Shown here piece after piece: positions 55,304 through 64,000 of a stretch of DNA of 64,000 nt (the first letter of the stretch is position 1; every line of letters begins with the position of its first letter). Source of the stretch: an uncultured Spirochaetota bacterium. GTDB taxonomy: Bacteria; Spirochaetota; Spirochaetia; SZUA-6; Fen-1364. Where the stretch lies: assembly GCA_963781885.1 (NCBI GenBank), contig CAWAHW010000004.1, forward strand, positions 640,001 through 704,000, read 5' to 3'. Below the pieces are notes generated by a model. The model was not told the DNA's origin, made no database searches, and was given only the letters and a program-made list of their open reading frames with translations. The position numbers were made by a program, and so were the translations under genes.

Positions 55304-56507
55304 CGACTTCTTCGGGCAGTTCGGCGGCCGCTACGTCGCGGAGATGCTCCGCGCGCCCCTGGACGAGCTGGAAGCGGCATTCCTCGAAGCTTTGGACGAC
55401 GCAGCCTTCCGCGACCTGCTTGCCCTCACCCTGCGGGACTTTGCCGGAAGGCCCACGCCGCTCCTCTTCGCGGAGAACGCCACCCGGGAGCTGGGGGGCG
55501 CCCGCATCCACATCAAGCTGGAAGGGCTCGCGCACACCGGCGCGCACAAGATCAACAACGCCGTCGGCCAGGCGCTGCTCGCAAAGCGCATGGGAAAGAC
55601 GCGTATCATCGCCGAGACGGGCGCCGGTCAGCACGGCGTTGCCACTGCGGCGATCTGCGCGCGCCTGGGCATACCGTGCCGCGTCTACATGGGCGCCGTG
55701 GACATGCGGCGCCAGAAACCGAACGTGTTCTGGATGGAGCGCTACGGCGCGGAGGTGGTGGCGGTGACGGGCGGATCTGCCACGCTGAAGGACGCCGTGA
55801 ACGAGGCCCTGCGCGACTGGGCGGGGAGCTTCCAGGAGACGCACTACCTGCTGGGCTCCGCCCTCGGCCCCTCGCCGTATCCCGACATGGTGCGCGAGTT
55901 CCAGTCCGTCATCGGCCAGGAGCTGCGCGGCCAGATCAGGGAGAAAAGCCTTGACTGCGCGGCGCTTGTTGCCTGCGTCGGGGGAGGCTCGAACGCAATC
56001 GGCTTCTTTTCCCCCTTTCTTGAAACGGCGACCCCCGAGCTTATCGGCGTGGAGGCGGGGGGACGGGGCGCGGGCGTGGGAGAGCACGCTGCGCGCATGA
56101 ACGGCCGCGGACAGCCCGGCATCGTCCAGGGCTACAAGTCGCTCTTCCTCACGGACGCCGACGGTCAGGTCCTCTCCACGCACTCGATATCGGCAGGGCT
56201 GGATTACCCCGGCATCGGACCCCAGCTCGCGCATCTGGGAAGCACGGGACGCGTCCGATTCCTCACGGCCTCCGACGCCGAGGCGCTGGAGGCGGTGAAG
56301 TTCTTTGCCCGTACGGAGGGCATGATATTCGCGCTGGAGTCCGCCCACGCCGCGGCGGCGGTGATGAGGATCGCCCGCGACTACCCCGCGGAATCGTCGC
56401 TGGTCGTGAACATGTCGGGCCGCGGCGACAAGGACCTCTTCATCCTCGCGCGCGCGATGGACGCGGAGCCCTGGGCGGATTTCCTGCGCGAGGAGGCAGC
56501 CCGATGA
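55290..56507 (+). CDS. trpB: tryptophan synthase beta chain (type 1)
   Basis: HTGAHKINN, ETGAGQHG, VGGGSNAIG, SAGLDYPG, SGRGDKD. Confidence 0.97.
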   Translation: MKRFNDFFGQFGGRYVAEMLRAPLDELEAAFLEALDDAAFRDLLALTLRDFAGRPTPLLFAENATRELGGARIHIKLEGLAHTGAHKINNAVGQALLAKRMGKTRIIAETGAGQHGVATAAICARLGIPCRVYMGAVDMRRQKPNVFWMERYGAEVVAVTGGSATLKDAVNEALRDWAGSFQETHYLLGSALGPSPYPDMVREFQSVIGQELRGQIREKSLDCAALVACVGGGSNAIGFFSPFLETATPELIGVEAGGRGAGVGEHAARMNGRGQPGIVQGYKSLFLTDADGQVLSTHSISAGLDYPGIGPQLAHLGSTGRVRFLTASDAEALEAVKFFARTEGMIFALESAHAAAAVMRIARDYPAESSLVVNMSGRGDKDLFILARAMDAEPWADFLREEAAR

Positions 56508-57256
56508 GCCTGCCTTCACGGATCATGGCGCATCTCGTGGCGTATTATCCCGACCGGGCCGGCTCCCTCCAGGCGGCGCGCGGCCTTACCGACGGCGGAT
56601 GCACGTGGCTGGAGGTGCAGTTCCCCTTCTCCGATCCCACGGCGGATGGACCCGACATCCAGGCGGCCTGCGCCCGGGCGTTGGAGGCGGGATTCACGGT
56701 CAAGGATGGTTTCGCGCTCCTGGCAGAAATCTGCGCCGCGGTGCACGTACCGGTCTTCGTCATGAGCTATGCGAACCTACTCTTCACGCGCGGCATCGGC
56801 CGGTTCCTCGATGACTGCCGCGGCGCGGGCGCGCACGGCGTCATCGTGCCCGATCTGCCGCCCGACACCGACGAAGGGCTCTACGCGGAGGCGCGGGCGC
56901 GAGGGCTCGCGGCAATGCCCGTCCTGTCGCCATCGATTTCCGCCGACAGGCTCTGCCGCGCGGCGGCGCTGGGCACGGAGTACGTCTACGCAACGCTGCG
57001 CGCGGGAACTACCGGGCCACGCTCGACCGTGGACGATGCGACACGGGGCTTTCTGCGGTCCCTGGCAGAGGCGCGCGCGGCGCGGCCGGCAAAGATCATG
57101 GCGGGTTTCGGCATCGCCAGCCGCGCGCAGGTTCGCGCCCTTGAGCCGCACGTGCACGGCGTCATCGTGGGAAGCGCGCTCGTGCGTGAGATCGCCGCCG
57201 GCGGGGATCCCTACACGAGCCTGAAACAGAAACTGAAGGAGCTCGCGGGGACATAG
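56504..57256 (+). CDS. trpA: tryptophan synthase alpha chain
   Basis: EVQFPFSDPTADGPDIQ, VPDLPP, GTTG, GFGI, VGSA. Confidence 0.95.
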   Translation: MSLPSRIMAHLVAYYPDRAGSLQAARGLTDGGCTWLEVQFPFSDPTADGPDIQAACARALEAGFTVKDGFALLAEICAAVHVPVFVMSYANLLFTRGIGRFLDDCRGAGAHGVIVPDLPPDTDEGLYAEARARGLAAMPVLSPSISADRLCRAAALGTEYVYATLRAGTTGPRSTVDDATRGFLRSLAEARAARPAKIMAGFGIASRAQVRALEPHVHGVIVGSALVREIAAGGDPYTSLKQKLKELAGT

Positions 57257-57319
57257 GATCGGCCGCCCGCCGGCGCGGACAGGCCCGCTCTGATATCATT
57301 TGCCAAAGGAGAAGCTCGA

Positions 57320-58033
57320 TTGAAAGCAAACTTGAAACTCGCCGTCGCGCGGCGGAACGCGGCCCCGGCGATGACACTTGGCATCCTGGTGCTCCTCGCT
57401 TCCTGTTCCCCTGCCCGCCCGGCCGCCGCGCCGGTGGTAAGCGGTGCGCCGCACTGGGTGCTCGATCTCGTACCGGGACCCGCGTACCATCAGACCGCGC
57501 GATTCCTGCTATTCAAGATCCCCCTGTACCCGCAGGTTGCCTGCTGGGTCGAGACGCCGGACGGCGCGTACGTGGACACGATCTACGTCACCAGCAAGGT
57601 GGCGAAGAAGTCGTGGTACGGGGCCCCGTCCGCCGGAAGGCCGGAGGCCCTTCCCGTCTGGACGCACGCGCGGAATCAGCAGGTTCTTGCGGTTGATTCC
57701 GTCACCGGCGCGACGCCGCAAGGGAGCGTGCATCGCGAGGCCCTGCTGGCAGGCAGCCTGAAACCCGGCCGCTACGTCGTCAAGGTGGAGATCAACGGCA
57801 GCTACGATTACAACGCGCGCTACACCCGGTCCACCGCCGGCGTCAACGGGCAGCCGTCGGTTATCTACCGCGGGGAGCTCAGCATCGGCGACGGACAGTC
57901 GGATGCCGTTCTCGTTCCGTTCGGCACGGGCTCCCTCGATGGCTCCAACGGCGACATCACCCCGGGGCTCGACGGAATCACGACCGCCCTCGACATATTC
58001 AAATCGGTGGAAATTTCGTTCCAGCCTCAGTAG
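57320..58033 (+). CDS. lipoprotein, DUF2271-like
   Basis: LLASC lipobox; PQVACWVET..G.YVDTIYVT, RPEALPVW, DSVTGATP, GQPSVIY. Confidence 0.75.
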   Translation: MKANLKLAVARRNAAPAMTLGILVLLASCSPARPAAAPVVSGAPHWVLDLVPGPAYHQTARFLLFKIPLYPQVACWVETPDGAYVDTIYVTSKVAKKSWYGAPSAGRPEALPVWTHARNQQVLAVDSVTGATPQGSVHREALLAGSLKPGRYVVKVEINGSYDYNARYTRSTAGVNGQPSVIYRGELSIGDGQSDAVLVPFGTGSLDGSNGDITPGLDGITTALDIFKSVEISFQPQ

Positions 58034-58116
58034 AAGACGGAAGCGGCGCGGCCCCAACCATATCGGAGGTGACAAAATGAGGACCGGTCGGGGTTTCAGA
58101 AGAAGGAGTCATCAAG

Positions 58117-58548
58117 ATGAAGGAAAAGAGGACCTCTGAGCTTGTCGGTTCCGTGGTGGGAAATCTCATCGCCATTGCCATCGTCAACACGGTCCTGCTC
58201 TGGCGTCAATATACGAACGGCGTCGTGCTGGAGAGCTGGGTCGACATCCTGTGGGCGGCAAACCTTTCCCTGATCGTCCAGATCGTGGGAAATATCCTGC
58301 TTGCGTTATACCGGCCCGCTCGTTTCTATTCCCTCATGCAGGCCATCTACGCCGGCCTGGGATTCGTTTCAGTTCTGGTGTTCTACCTCGTTTTCCCGCT
58401 CGATTTTTCCCACGTTGCCGGAGCATGGCTGAATACCCTGTGCAGAGCCTTGCTCATTGTCGGAATGGCCGGAACGACCATCGGTTTCGTCGTCCAGCTG
58501 GCTCGAGCTGCATCCGGCACCCCCTACGCGCAGGCCGCGCCAGAATAA
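58117..58548 (+). CDS. hypothetical 4-TM membrane protein
   Basis: AAGGAG RBS; hydrophobic ORF. Confidence 0.8.
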   Translation: MKEKRTSELVGSVVGNLIAIAIVNTVLLWRQYTNGVVLESWVDILWAANLSLIVQIVGNILLALYRPARFYSLMQAIYAGLGFVSVLVFYLVFPLDFSHVAGAWLNTLCRALLIVGMAGTTIGFVVQLARAASGTPYAQAAPE

Positions 58549-58690
58549 GAAGGAAATGCCCAAGCCCCGCGCCCCCCGGCCGGGGCTTGGACTGCCTGTT
58601 TCGCTGGAAAATAACACAAAGCTAAGACTGCCTTAACGGTTCGCCTGCACATTCTGATCATCTCAGTTTATTGACCGCCTTATCCAATAG

Positions 58691-58730
58691 AAAAACGGTC
58701 TCCCGGGTTCCGGTGCAGACCGTTTTTTTT
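58691..58730. terminator. bidirectional intrinsic terminator
   Basis: AAAAACGGTCT...AGACCG-TTTTTTTT between convergent genes. Confidence 0.75.
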
Positions 58731-58778
58731 CAAGAGGCGGACGGTACGCGGCATATGCGCCCGGGCCCGCGGGAGCCC

Positions 58779-59807
58779 TTACCTCTGCACCCTCCCCGAG
58801 CCCGACCCCGCCATCAAGGCCTTCACCTCAGCCACGGACAGGAGCGGAAGGTCGCCGGGTATCGAATGCTTCAGGCATGAGGCGGCAACGGCGAAATCAA
58901 GCGCCTCCTGGGCCGACGGCAGGTGCGTCAGGCCGTAGATGAGCCCTGCCGCGAAGCTGTCCCCCGTGCCCACCCGATCGATGATGTCGCGTATCTCGTA
59001 GTGCCGCGAGACGAGGAACTCCTTCCCCGTATGGAGGACGCCCGACCAGCCGTTCTCGTCGGCGGACCTGCTCTCCCGCAGCGTGATAGCGATGGTCTTG
59101 ATGCTGCCGTGCGCCGCAAGCACCTTTTCGGCAAGAGCGCGGTACTGCGCGGGCTCCAGGTTCCCCGACTCGACGTCCACGGGCACCGACACCCCCAGCG
59201 CCTTCTGGCAGTCTTCCTCGTTCGCGATGGCGACGTCCACGAACTTCACGAGCTCCCCCATCACCTCGGGTGCGCTCCGGCCGTACTTCCAGAGATTCTT
59301 GCGAAAGTTCAGGTCACAGGAGACGGTGAGCCCCTTCTGCTTCGCGACGCGCACGGACTCCAGGGCGAGGTCCGCGGCGGATTGAGAGATCGCAGGCGTG
59401 ATACCGGTGATGTGGAACCACTCCGCCCCGGCGAACGCCGCGTTCCAATCGATGTCCCCCGGGCGGGCCTCCGCGATGGCTGCCCCGGCGCGGTCGTAGA
59501 TGACGACGGACGGTCGATGGTTTGCGCCCGCCTCCAGGAAGTAGATGCCCAGCCGCGCGCCCTTGCGCACGATGGGAGTCGTGTCGATGCCGTGGCGGCG
59601 CAGCTCCCCGACGCACGCGTCTCCAATGGCATTTGCGGGGATGACGGAGACGTAGGAGGTCGGGCAGCCGAAACGGGCCAGCGCCGTCGCGACATTCGCT
59701 TCCCCGCCGCCGAATGTGGCCTCCAGAACGGGGCTCTGGAAGAAACGCTCCGCCCCCGGCGGCTTCAGGCGCAGCATGATCTCACCGAACGTGACGAATC
59801 GCGGCAT
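58779..59807 (-). CDS. kdgK: 2-dehydro-3-deoxygluconokinase (PfkB family)
   Basis: [36 protein letters not shown]; adjacent to eda. Confidence 0.92.
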   Translation of the reverse strand: MPRFVTFGEIMLRLKPPGAERFFQSPVLEATFGGGEANVATALARFGCPTSYVSVIPANAIGDACVGELRRHGIDTTPIVRKGARLGIYFLEAGANHRPSVVIYDRAGAAIAEARPGDIDWNAAFAGAEWFHITGITPAISQSAADLALESVRVAKQKGLTVSCDLNFRKNLWKYGRSAPEVMGELVKFVDVAIANEEDCQKALGVSVPVDVESGNLEPAQYRALAEKVLAAHGSIKTIAITLRESRSADENGWSGVLHTGKEFLVSRHYEIRDIIDRVGTGDSFAAGLIYGLTHLPSAQEALDFAVAASCLKHSIPGDLPLLSVAEVKALMAGSGSGRVQR

Positions 59808-59817
59808 GGTGGCGCTC

Positions 59818-60777
59818 CTATTTCTGCAAGAGATGCAGGGCGAAACCCGAGACCTCGAGGTCGAGGTAGACGGCGATCATCTTGCCGTCCTTTTCCTTGG
59901 CGGTTTCCTTCCTGATGCCCACGCCCTTGCGCGTCATCCAGGCGATGGCGCGCGTGATATTGTTCGTCGCAATTGCAATGTGGCCGCGGGAGCCGAGATA
60001 AGGGCTCTTCATGAACTCGAAGCCCGAGCCCGCGAATGTGGAGCTGTTCCCGACCTTCACCGGGAAAAAGAAAAGGCGCGCCATGGTCTCAGCCCCCGCC
60101 AGCGCCGTCTCCGCCGCGCTCTCGTTGACGCCCAGGTGGGCAAGCTCGAAGCCCAGTGAGATCTGGACGGCCTCGCGGGCAAGACGCGTGATGTCGTCGA
60201 ATTTCCCTGCGGCGATCATCGATTCCTTTGCGATCCACGTCCCGCCCACCGCGTGCACGCGGTCGTAGGACAGGTAGTCGCGGAGATTGCCCGCCTCGAT
60301 GCCACCGGTGGGCATGAACTGCACGCCGGCGAACGGAGCGGCGATCGCCTTGAGGTATTCCAGCCCGCCGGACGCGCCCGCGGGAAAGAACTTCAGCACC
60401 GACAGGCCGCGCTCCAGGCCCATCTCGATCTCGGACGGCGAGCTGATGCCCGGGGCCACCGGATAGCCCTTCGCGATGCAGTGGTCGACGACCTTGGGAT
60501 TGAAACCGGGCGCCACGATGAAGCGCGCCCCCGCGGCCATTGCCCGGTCGGCCTGGTCCGTGGTGAGCACCGTGCCGGCGCCCACGAGTATGTCCGGCAC
60601 CTCGCGGGCCAATGACCGGATGGCCTCTTCCGCCGCTGCCGTACGGAACGTGATCTCCGCGACCGGCAGGTCGCCCGCAACGAGCGCACGCCCCAGCGCC
60701 GCCGCGTCGGATGCCTTGTCGATCTTCACGACGGGAACGATGCCGATCTCACCAAGCCGGAAAAGCACGTCGTGCAT
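59818..60777 (-). CDS. eda: KDPG/KHG aldolase with C-terminal extension
   Basis: EITFRT, VGAGTV, KFFPA, FMPTGGI; extra domain GFELAHLG...GHIAIATN. Confidence 0.93.
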   Translation of the reverse strand: MHDVLFRLGEIGIVPVVKIDKASDAAALGRALVAGDLPVAEITFRTAAAEEAIRSLAREVPDILVGAGTVLTTDQADRAMAAGARFIVAPGFNPKVVDHCIAKGYPVAPGISSPSEIEMGLERGLSVLKFFPAGASGGLEYLKAIAAPFAGVQFMPTGGIEAGNLRDYLSYDRVHAVGGTWIAKESMIAAGKFDDITRLAREAVQISLGFELAHLGVNESAAETALAGAETMARLFFFPVKVGNSSTFAGSGFEFMKSPYLGSRGHIAIATNNITRAIAWMTRKGVGIRKETAKEKDGKMIAVYLDLEVSGFALHLLQK

Positions 60778-60847
60778 CTCTGTCCCTCCCTTCCCCGCGG
60801 TGTCGCACCCGGGGCGCGCGAGCCGGCGGCTCGCGCCGCAAAGCAGC

Positions 60848-61822
60848 CTACGGCCGCAGGGGTTTGTTGACGGGGTACAGGGGCGGGCCGCCTTCCAGCA
60901 CGGCCGCCGCGTTCTTCGCGGCTTTGGTCTTCAGCTCCGTGAGGGATTCCTCGCTGTACCAGCCCGCGTGATCGGTAAGGATGACATTGTCGAATGTGCG
61001 CAGCGGGCTTTCCGCCGCGAGCGGCTCGGTTTCGAACACATCCAGCCCGGCGCCGCCCATGCGCCCGTCCCGCAGGGCCTCGATGAGCGCCGCTTCGTCG
61101 AGCACCGGTCCGCGCGACGTGTTCACGAGGATCGCCCGCGGCTTCATGGCCGCAAACTCGGCCTTCCCGATCATGTGCCGGGTCTGAGGCGAAAGAGGCA
61201 CGTGAACCGAAACGCAGTCGGATTCAGAAAGAAGCGTCGCAAGGTCCACGGGCGTGGCACCCTCTGATGCGACAACGGAAGGCGGAAGAAGGGGATCGTA
61301 GGCAAGGATCCGGGAGAAGCCCAGGCCGGAGCACTTGCGGTGCAGGCAACGACCGGTCTTGCCATAACCGAGTATGCCCAGCGTCCGCCCGGCGATGCGA
61401 TGGACGACATGACCCGCGTGCAGGTTCCATTTGCCCTGCCGGATCATCCGGTCCTTGAAGGCGATTCCGCGGATGCAGCCAAGGAGCAGGCTCAGGGCGT
61501 GGTCGGCGACGTCCTCATAGCAGTAGTCGGGAACGCAGGCCACCCAGATGCCCCGACTCGTCGCGGCGGGCACATCGACATTGTCATAGCCGACGCCGTA
61601 GCGGGAAATGACGCGGCATTTTCCCAGGCCGTCAATGACGTCGGCCGTCATCGGGAAGAGATTCACCAGGAGGGCGTCCGCATCCGCAAAAACCCGGCGC
61701 GCCTCCGCGGTCGACGATGAAGGAAATATCTCGACGCGTGCATCGAGAGGCGCAAACACCGCTCTCTCCTCATCGTAGGCAGAGTAGCGGTCGTCCGCAA
61801 TCACGACGTGGAAGCGACTCAT
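60848..61822 (-). CDS. D-isomer-specific 2-hydroxyacid dehydrogenase
   Basis: RYGVGYDNVD, GILGYGKTG, VNTSRG, LDVFETEP, DHAGWYS. Confidence 0.92.
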   Translation of the reverse strand: MSRFHVVIADDRYSAYDEERAVFAPLDARVEIFPSSSTAEARRVFADADALLVNLFPMTADVIDGLGKCRVISRYGVGYDNVDVPAATSRGIWVACVPDYCYEDVADHALSLLLGCIRGIAFKDRMIRQGKWNLHAGHVVHRIAGRTLGILGYGKTGRCLHRKCSGLGFSRILAYDPLLPPSVVASEGATPVDLATLLSESDCVSVHVPLSPQTRHMIGKAEFAAMKPRAILVNTSRGPVLDEAALIEALRDGRMGGAGLDVFETEPLAAESPLRTFDNVILTDHAGWYSEESLTELKTKAAKNAAAVLEGGPPLYPVNKPLRP

Positions 61823-62982
61823 GGTTCTCCCGGGCTCTCCCGCCCCTCCTCGAAGACAACTTCCCCCTCCGCGAACACCTTCACCGGGTAGCGGGTCACG
61901 TCGAACGGGTCCCCGTTCCAGCACGAGAAGGAGGCCCACTTCCCCTTGCCCAGCGTGCCCAGGGTGGCATCGATGCCGAGTATCTGCGCGTTGCGCCGCG
62001 TGATGATCTCGATGGCCTCCTTGCGGTTGAGACCGCAGCGCATGAACCAGCGAAGCCCGAGCAGGAGGTTGCGCTGGGGGATGACGGGGTGGTCCGTCAT
62101 GAGGCCGAACTCGACGCCGCTCTGGAGGAGGTGGCGCACATTACGCCAGTTTTCGTGGCGCAGCTCCACCTTGTAGGCGAAGGAATCCATCGGTCCGAAC
62201 ACGACCGGGATGCCCCGCTCTTTCAGGGCGGCGTAGATGTGCCCGTCGTTCACGTCGCAGGCATGCTCGACGGTGACGCCGATACCGAACTCCTCCTGCA
62301 CGCGGAGCAGGCTCGCGATGTCGTCGATCTTGTGCACGTGGACGCGGAGGATCTGTCTGCGCTGGAGGATATCGCGGATCACTTCGTCTTCGGCGCTCAG
62401 CGCGGAATCGGCGGTTGCCTTGCCGCGTCTCGCCTTTTCCAGCTTCCGCTGCACGGCGGCAAAGCGCGCCCGCAGCAGGGAGATCGCGCCCATGCGGGTG
62501 TAGGGCCTGTTCCCCTTCCAATCCCGCGTCGACATCGGGTTGTAGCCGAAGGCGGCCTTGATGCCCGATCGCGCGATCAGGGCCTCGGTGGTGGTCCGGG
62601 CGTAGTTGCGGATCACGGCGGTCCGTCCGCCGACGATGTTCCCGCTCCCCGGCAGCACGCAGGAATACAGGACGCCAAGCTCCACGGAGTCGCGGAACGC
62701 CGCGTCGTCCATCTGCACGGAATCCAGAGCGTCCGCGAGGAACAGGAGGGACTCCATGTGCTCGTTGGACTCCCCCTCGCTCCCCGGCTCGCCCGCCCGC
62801 TCCATGCCGATGTGGCAGTGGGCGTCGATGAACGCCGGCGTGACGACGGGGTATTTGCCGACGAAATCCCCCTTCGGCTCCATGGAGATGCCCTTCACCG
62901 CGTTTCCCTCGAACAGCAGGTGGACATTGCGGACCACCTCATCGCCGGTGTAGAGCGTTTCGGCAAAAACAGACTTCACCAC
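61819..62982 (-). CDS. amidohydrolase family protein
   Basis: PAFIDAHCHIG, PGSGN, KAAFGYNP, VHVH, EHA, TDHP. Confidence 0.9.
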   Translation of the reverse strand: MVKSVFAETLYTGDEVVRNVHLLFEGNAVKGISMEPKGDFVGKYPVVTPAFIDAHCHIGMERAGEPGSEGESNEHMESLLFLADALDSVQMDDAAFRDSVELGVLYSCVLPGSGNIVGGRTAVIRNYARTTTEALIARSGIKAAFGYNPMSTRDWKGNRPYTRMGAISLLRARFAAVQRKLEKARRGKATADSALSAEDEVIRDILQRRQILRVHVHKIDDIASLLRVQEEFGIGVTVEHACDVNDGHIYAALKERGIPVVFGPMDSFAYKVELRHENWRNVRHLLQSGVEFGLMTDHPVIPQRNLLLGLRWFMRCGLNRKEAIEIITRRNAQILGIDATLGTLGKGKWASFSCWNGDPFDVTRYPVKVFAEGEVVFEEGRESPGEP

Positions 62983-63104
62983 GGTGCTCCTTGTTCGTTT
63001 CACGCGGCATTGGAGGCCGCCGTTCTGCGCGGCGTAAAGTATAGCGAATCATGAATGTTTGACCAAGGGAGGTCCATCGGGTACAACCCATGCGGAGGAG
63101 CCGG

Positions 63105-64000
63105 ATGCAGGAAAAGGTCTCTGTCGAGGTCGTGGAGTCTTCCCGGACGAGGGCTGGAAAGGAGTTCGTCGATTTCCCGCACCGCCTCTACCGGGGCTGT
63201 GCGCAGTGGGTGCCGCAGTTCCGGCGCGACATCCGCATGGCACTCGATCGGCGGCACCCTTCCTTCGCGCACGTCGCGGCGTGCTTCTTCATCGCGCGCC
63301 GGGACGGGCAGACCGTGGGGACCATCGCCGCCATCGACAACGCGGCGTACAACGCCTACCACAAGACACGGCAGGGGCACTTCTACTACTTCGACTGCAT
63401 CGACGACCGCGCCGTCTCCCATGCGCTCCTGGAGGCGGTCTTCGGCTGGCTGCGCGGCCGGGGCCTCACCCGCGTCGTCGGCCCCTACGGATTCGGCTTC
63501 ACGGGCATGGGCGCGCTCGTGGACGGCTTCGAGCACCGCGCCGTCATGACGATGATGGGCTACAACCACCCCTGGTACGGCCCGGCGCTGGAGGCGGAGG
63601 GGTTCTCGAAGCTGCGCGACCAGTACTCCGCGTTCATCGATGCGGGGGCCTTCACGCTGCCGGACAAGGTCCGCCGCGTGGCGGAGATCGCGCTGAAACG
63701 GGGCAGCTTCGAGGTGCCGGACTTCCGCACGAAGCGCGCGCTCGCGCGCCGCGCCACGGCCCTCGCCAGGGTCTACAACGATTCCTTCCAGTCCCACGGC
63801 GATGAGTTCTACCCGTTCAGCAGCGGTGAGATCCGGCAGATCACTGCGGACCTGCTTGCCGTCGCCGACCCGTCGCTCGTGAAGCTGCTCGTCTGCAAGG
63901 GTGAGATCGCGGGCTTTCTCTTCGGCTTCCCCGACCTTTCCGCCGCGCTCCAGCGGTCCCACGGGCGGATCACGCCCTGGGGCATCATCGACCTTCTCCT
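63105..64000 (+). CDS. YghO-like GNAT-fold protein (partial, runs off the window; not in the ORF track)
   Basis: GGAGGAG RBS; MQEKVSVEV..FVDFPHRLY..WVP..HP..VGTIAAI..FDCIDD..GP..LVDGF..YNHPWY, open to the window end. Confidence 0.85.
   Translation, partial: MQEKVSVEVVESSRTRAGKEFVDFPHRLYRGCAQWVPQFRRDIRMALDRRHPSFAHVAACFFIARRDGQTVGTIAAIDNAAYNAYHKTRQGHFYYFDCIDDRAVSHALLEAVFGWLRGRGLTRVVGPYGFGFTGMGALVDGFEHRAVMTMMGYNHPWYGPALEAEGFSKLRDQYSAFIDAGAFTLPDKVRRVAEIALKRGSFEVPDFRTKRALARRATALARVYNDSFQSHGDEFYPFSSGEIRQITADLLAVADPSLVKLLVCKGEIAGFLFGFPDLSAALQRSHGRITPWGIIDLL

Noticed and set aside
58635-58685. fluoride riboswitch-like words (GTTCGCC..TGACCGCCT)
   Set aside because: The 5' GGCGATGG is missing and there is no downstream gene on that strand.

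Overview
High-GC spirochaete-like chromosomal window (16S signature GGCGGCGCGTTTTAAGCATGCAAGTC), mostly housekeeping. It holds the 5' part of a 16S rRNA gene, lipid enzymes, thrS, tkt, yajC-secD-secF, groEL, zwf-opcA-pgl, trpB2, pdhABC-lpdA, glmS, a trpE-GD-CF-B-A operon and kdgK-eda. No transposase, integrase, CRISPR array or tRNA was seen. The most interesting signals are non-coding or unannotated. (1) A dispersed family of short palindromes has the fixed geometry GAAT + stem + (mostly NNTA) loop while the stem sequence varies; it occurs as 26-27 bp tandem arrays, inside a mosaic element and in-frame inside a gene. (2) Two Trp-codon leader-peptide attenuators are present, one with a relay of two tandem terminators (trpB2) and one with six segments (trpE). 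(3) A Thr T-box riboswitch precedes thrS. (4) Many sigma70 promoters appear to drive leaderless mRNAs. (5) A bacterial Cwh43/PGAP2IP-like protein is divergent from plsC. (6) A PHP phosphatase is fused to SerA-like ACT domains. Frameshifts in four conserved genes look like assembly indels. All calls were made by eye; no database search was run.
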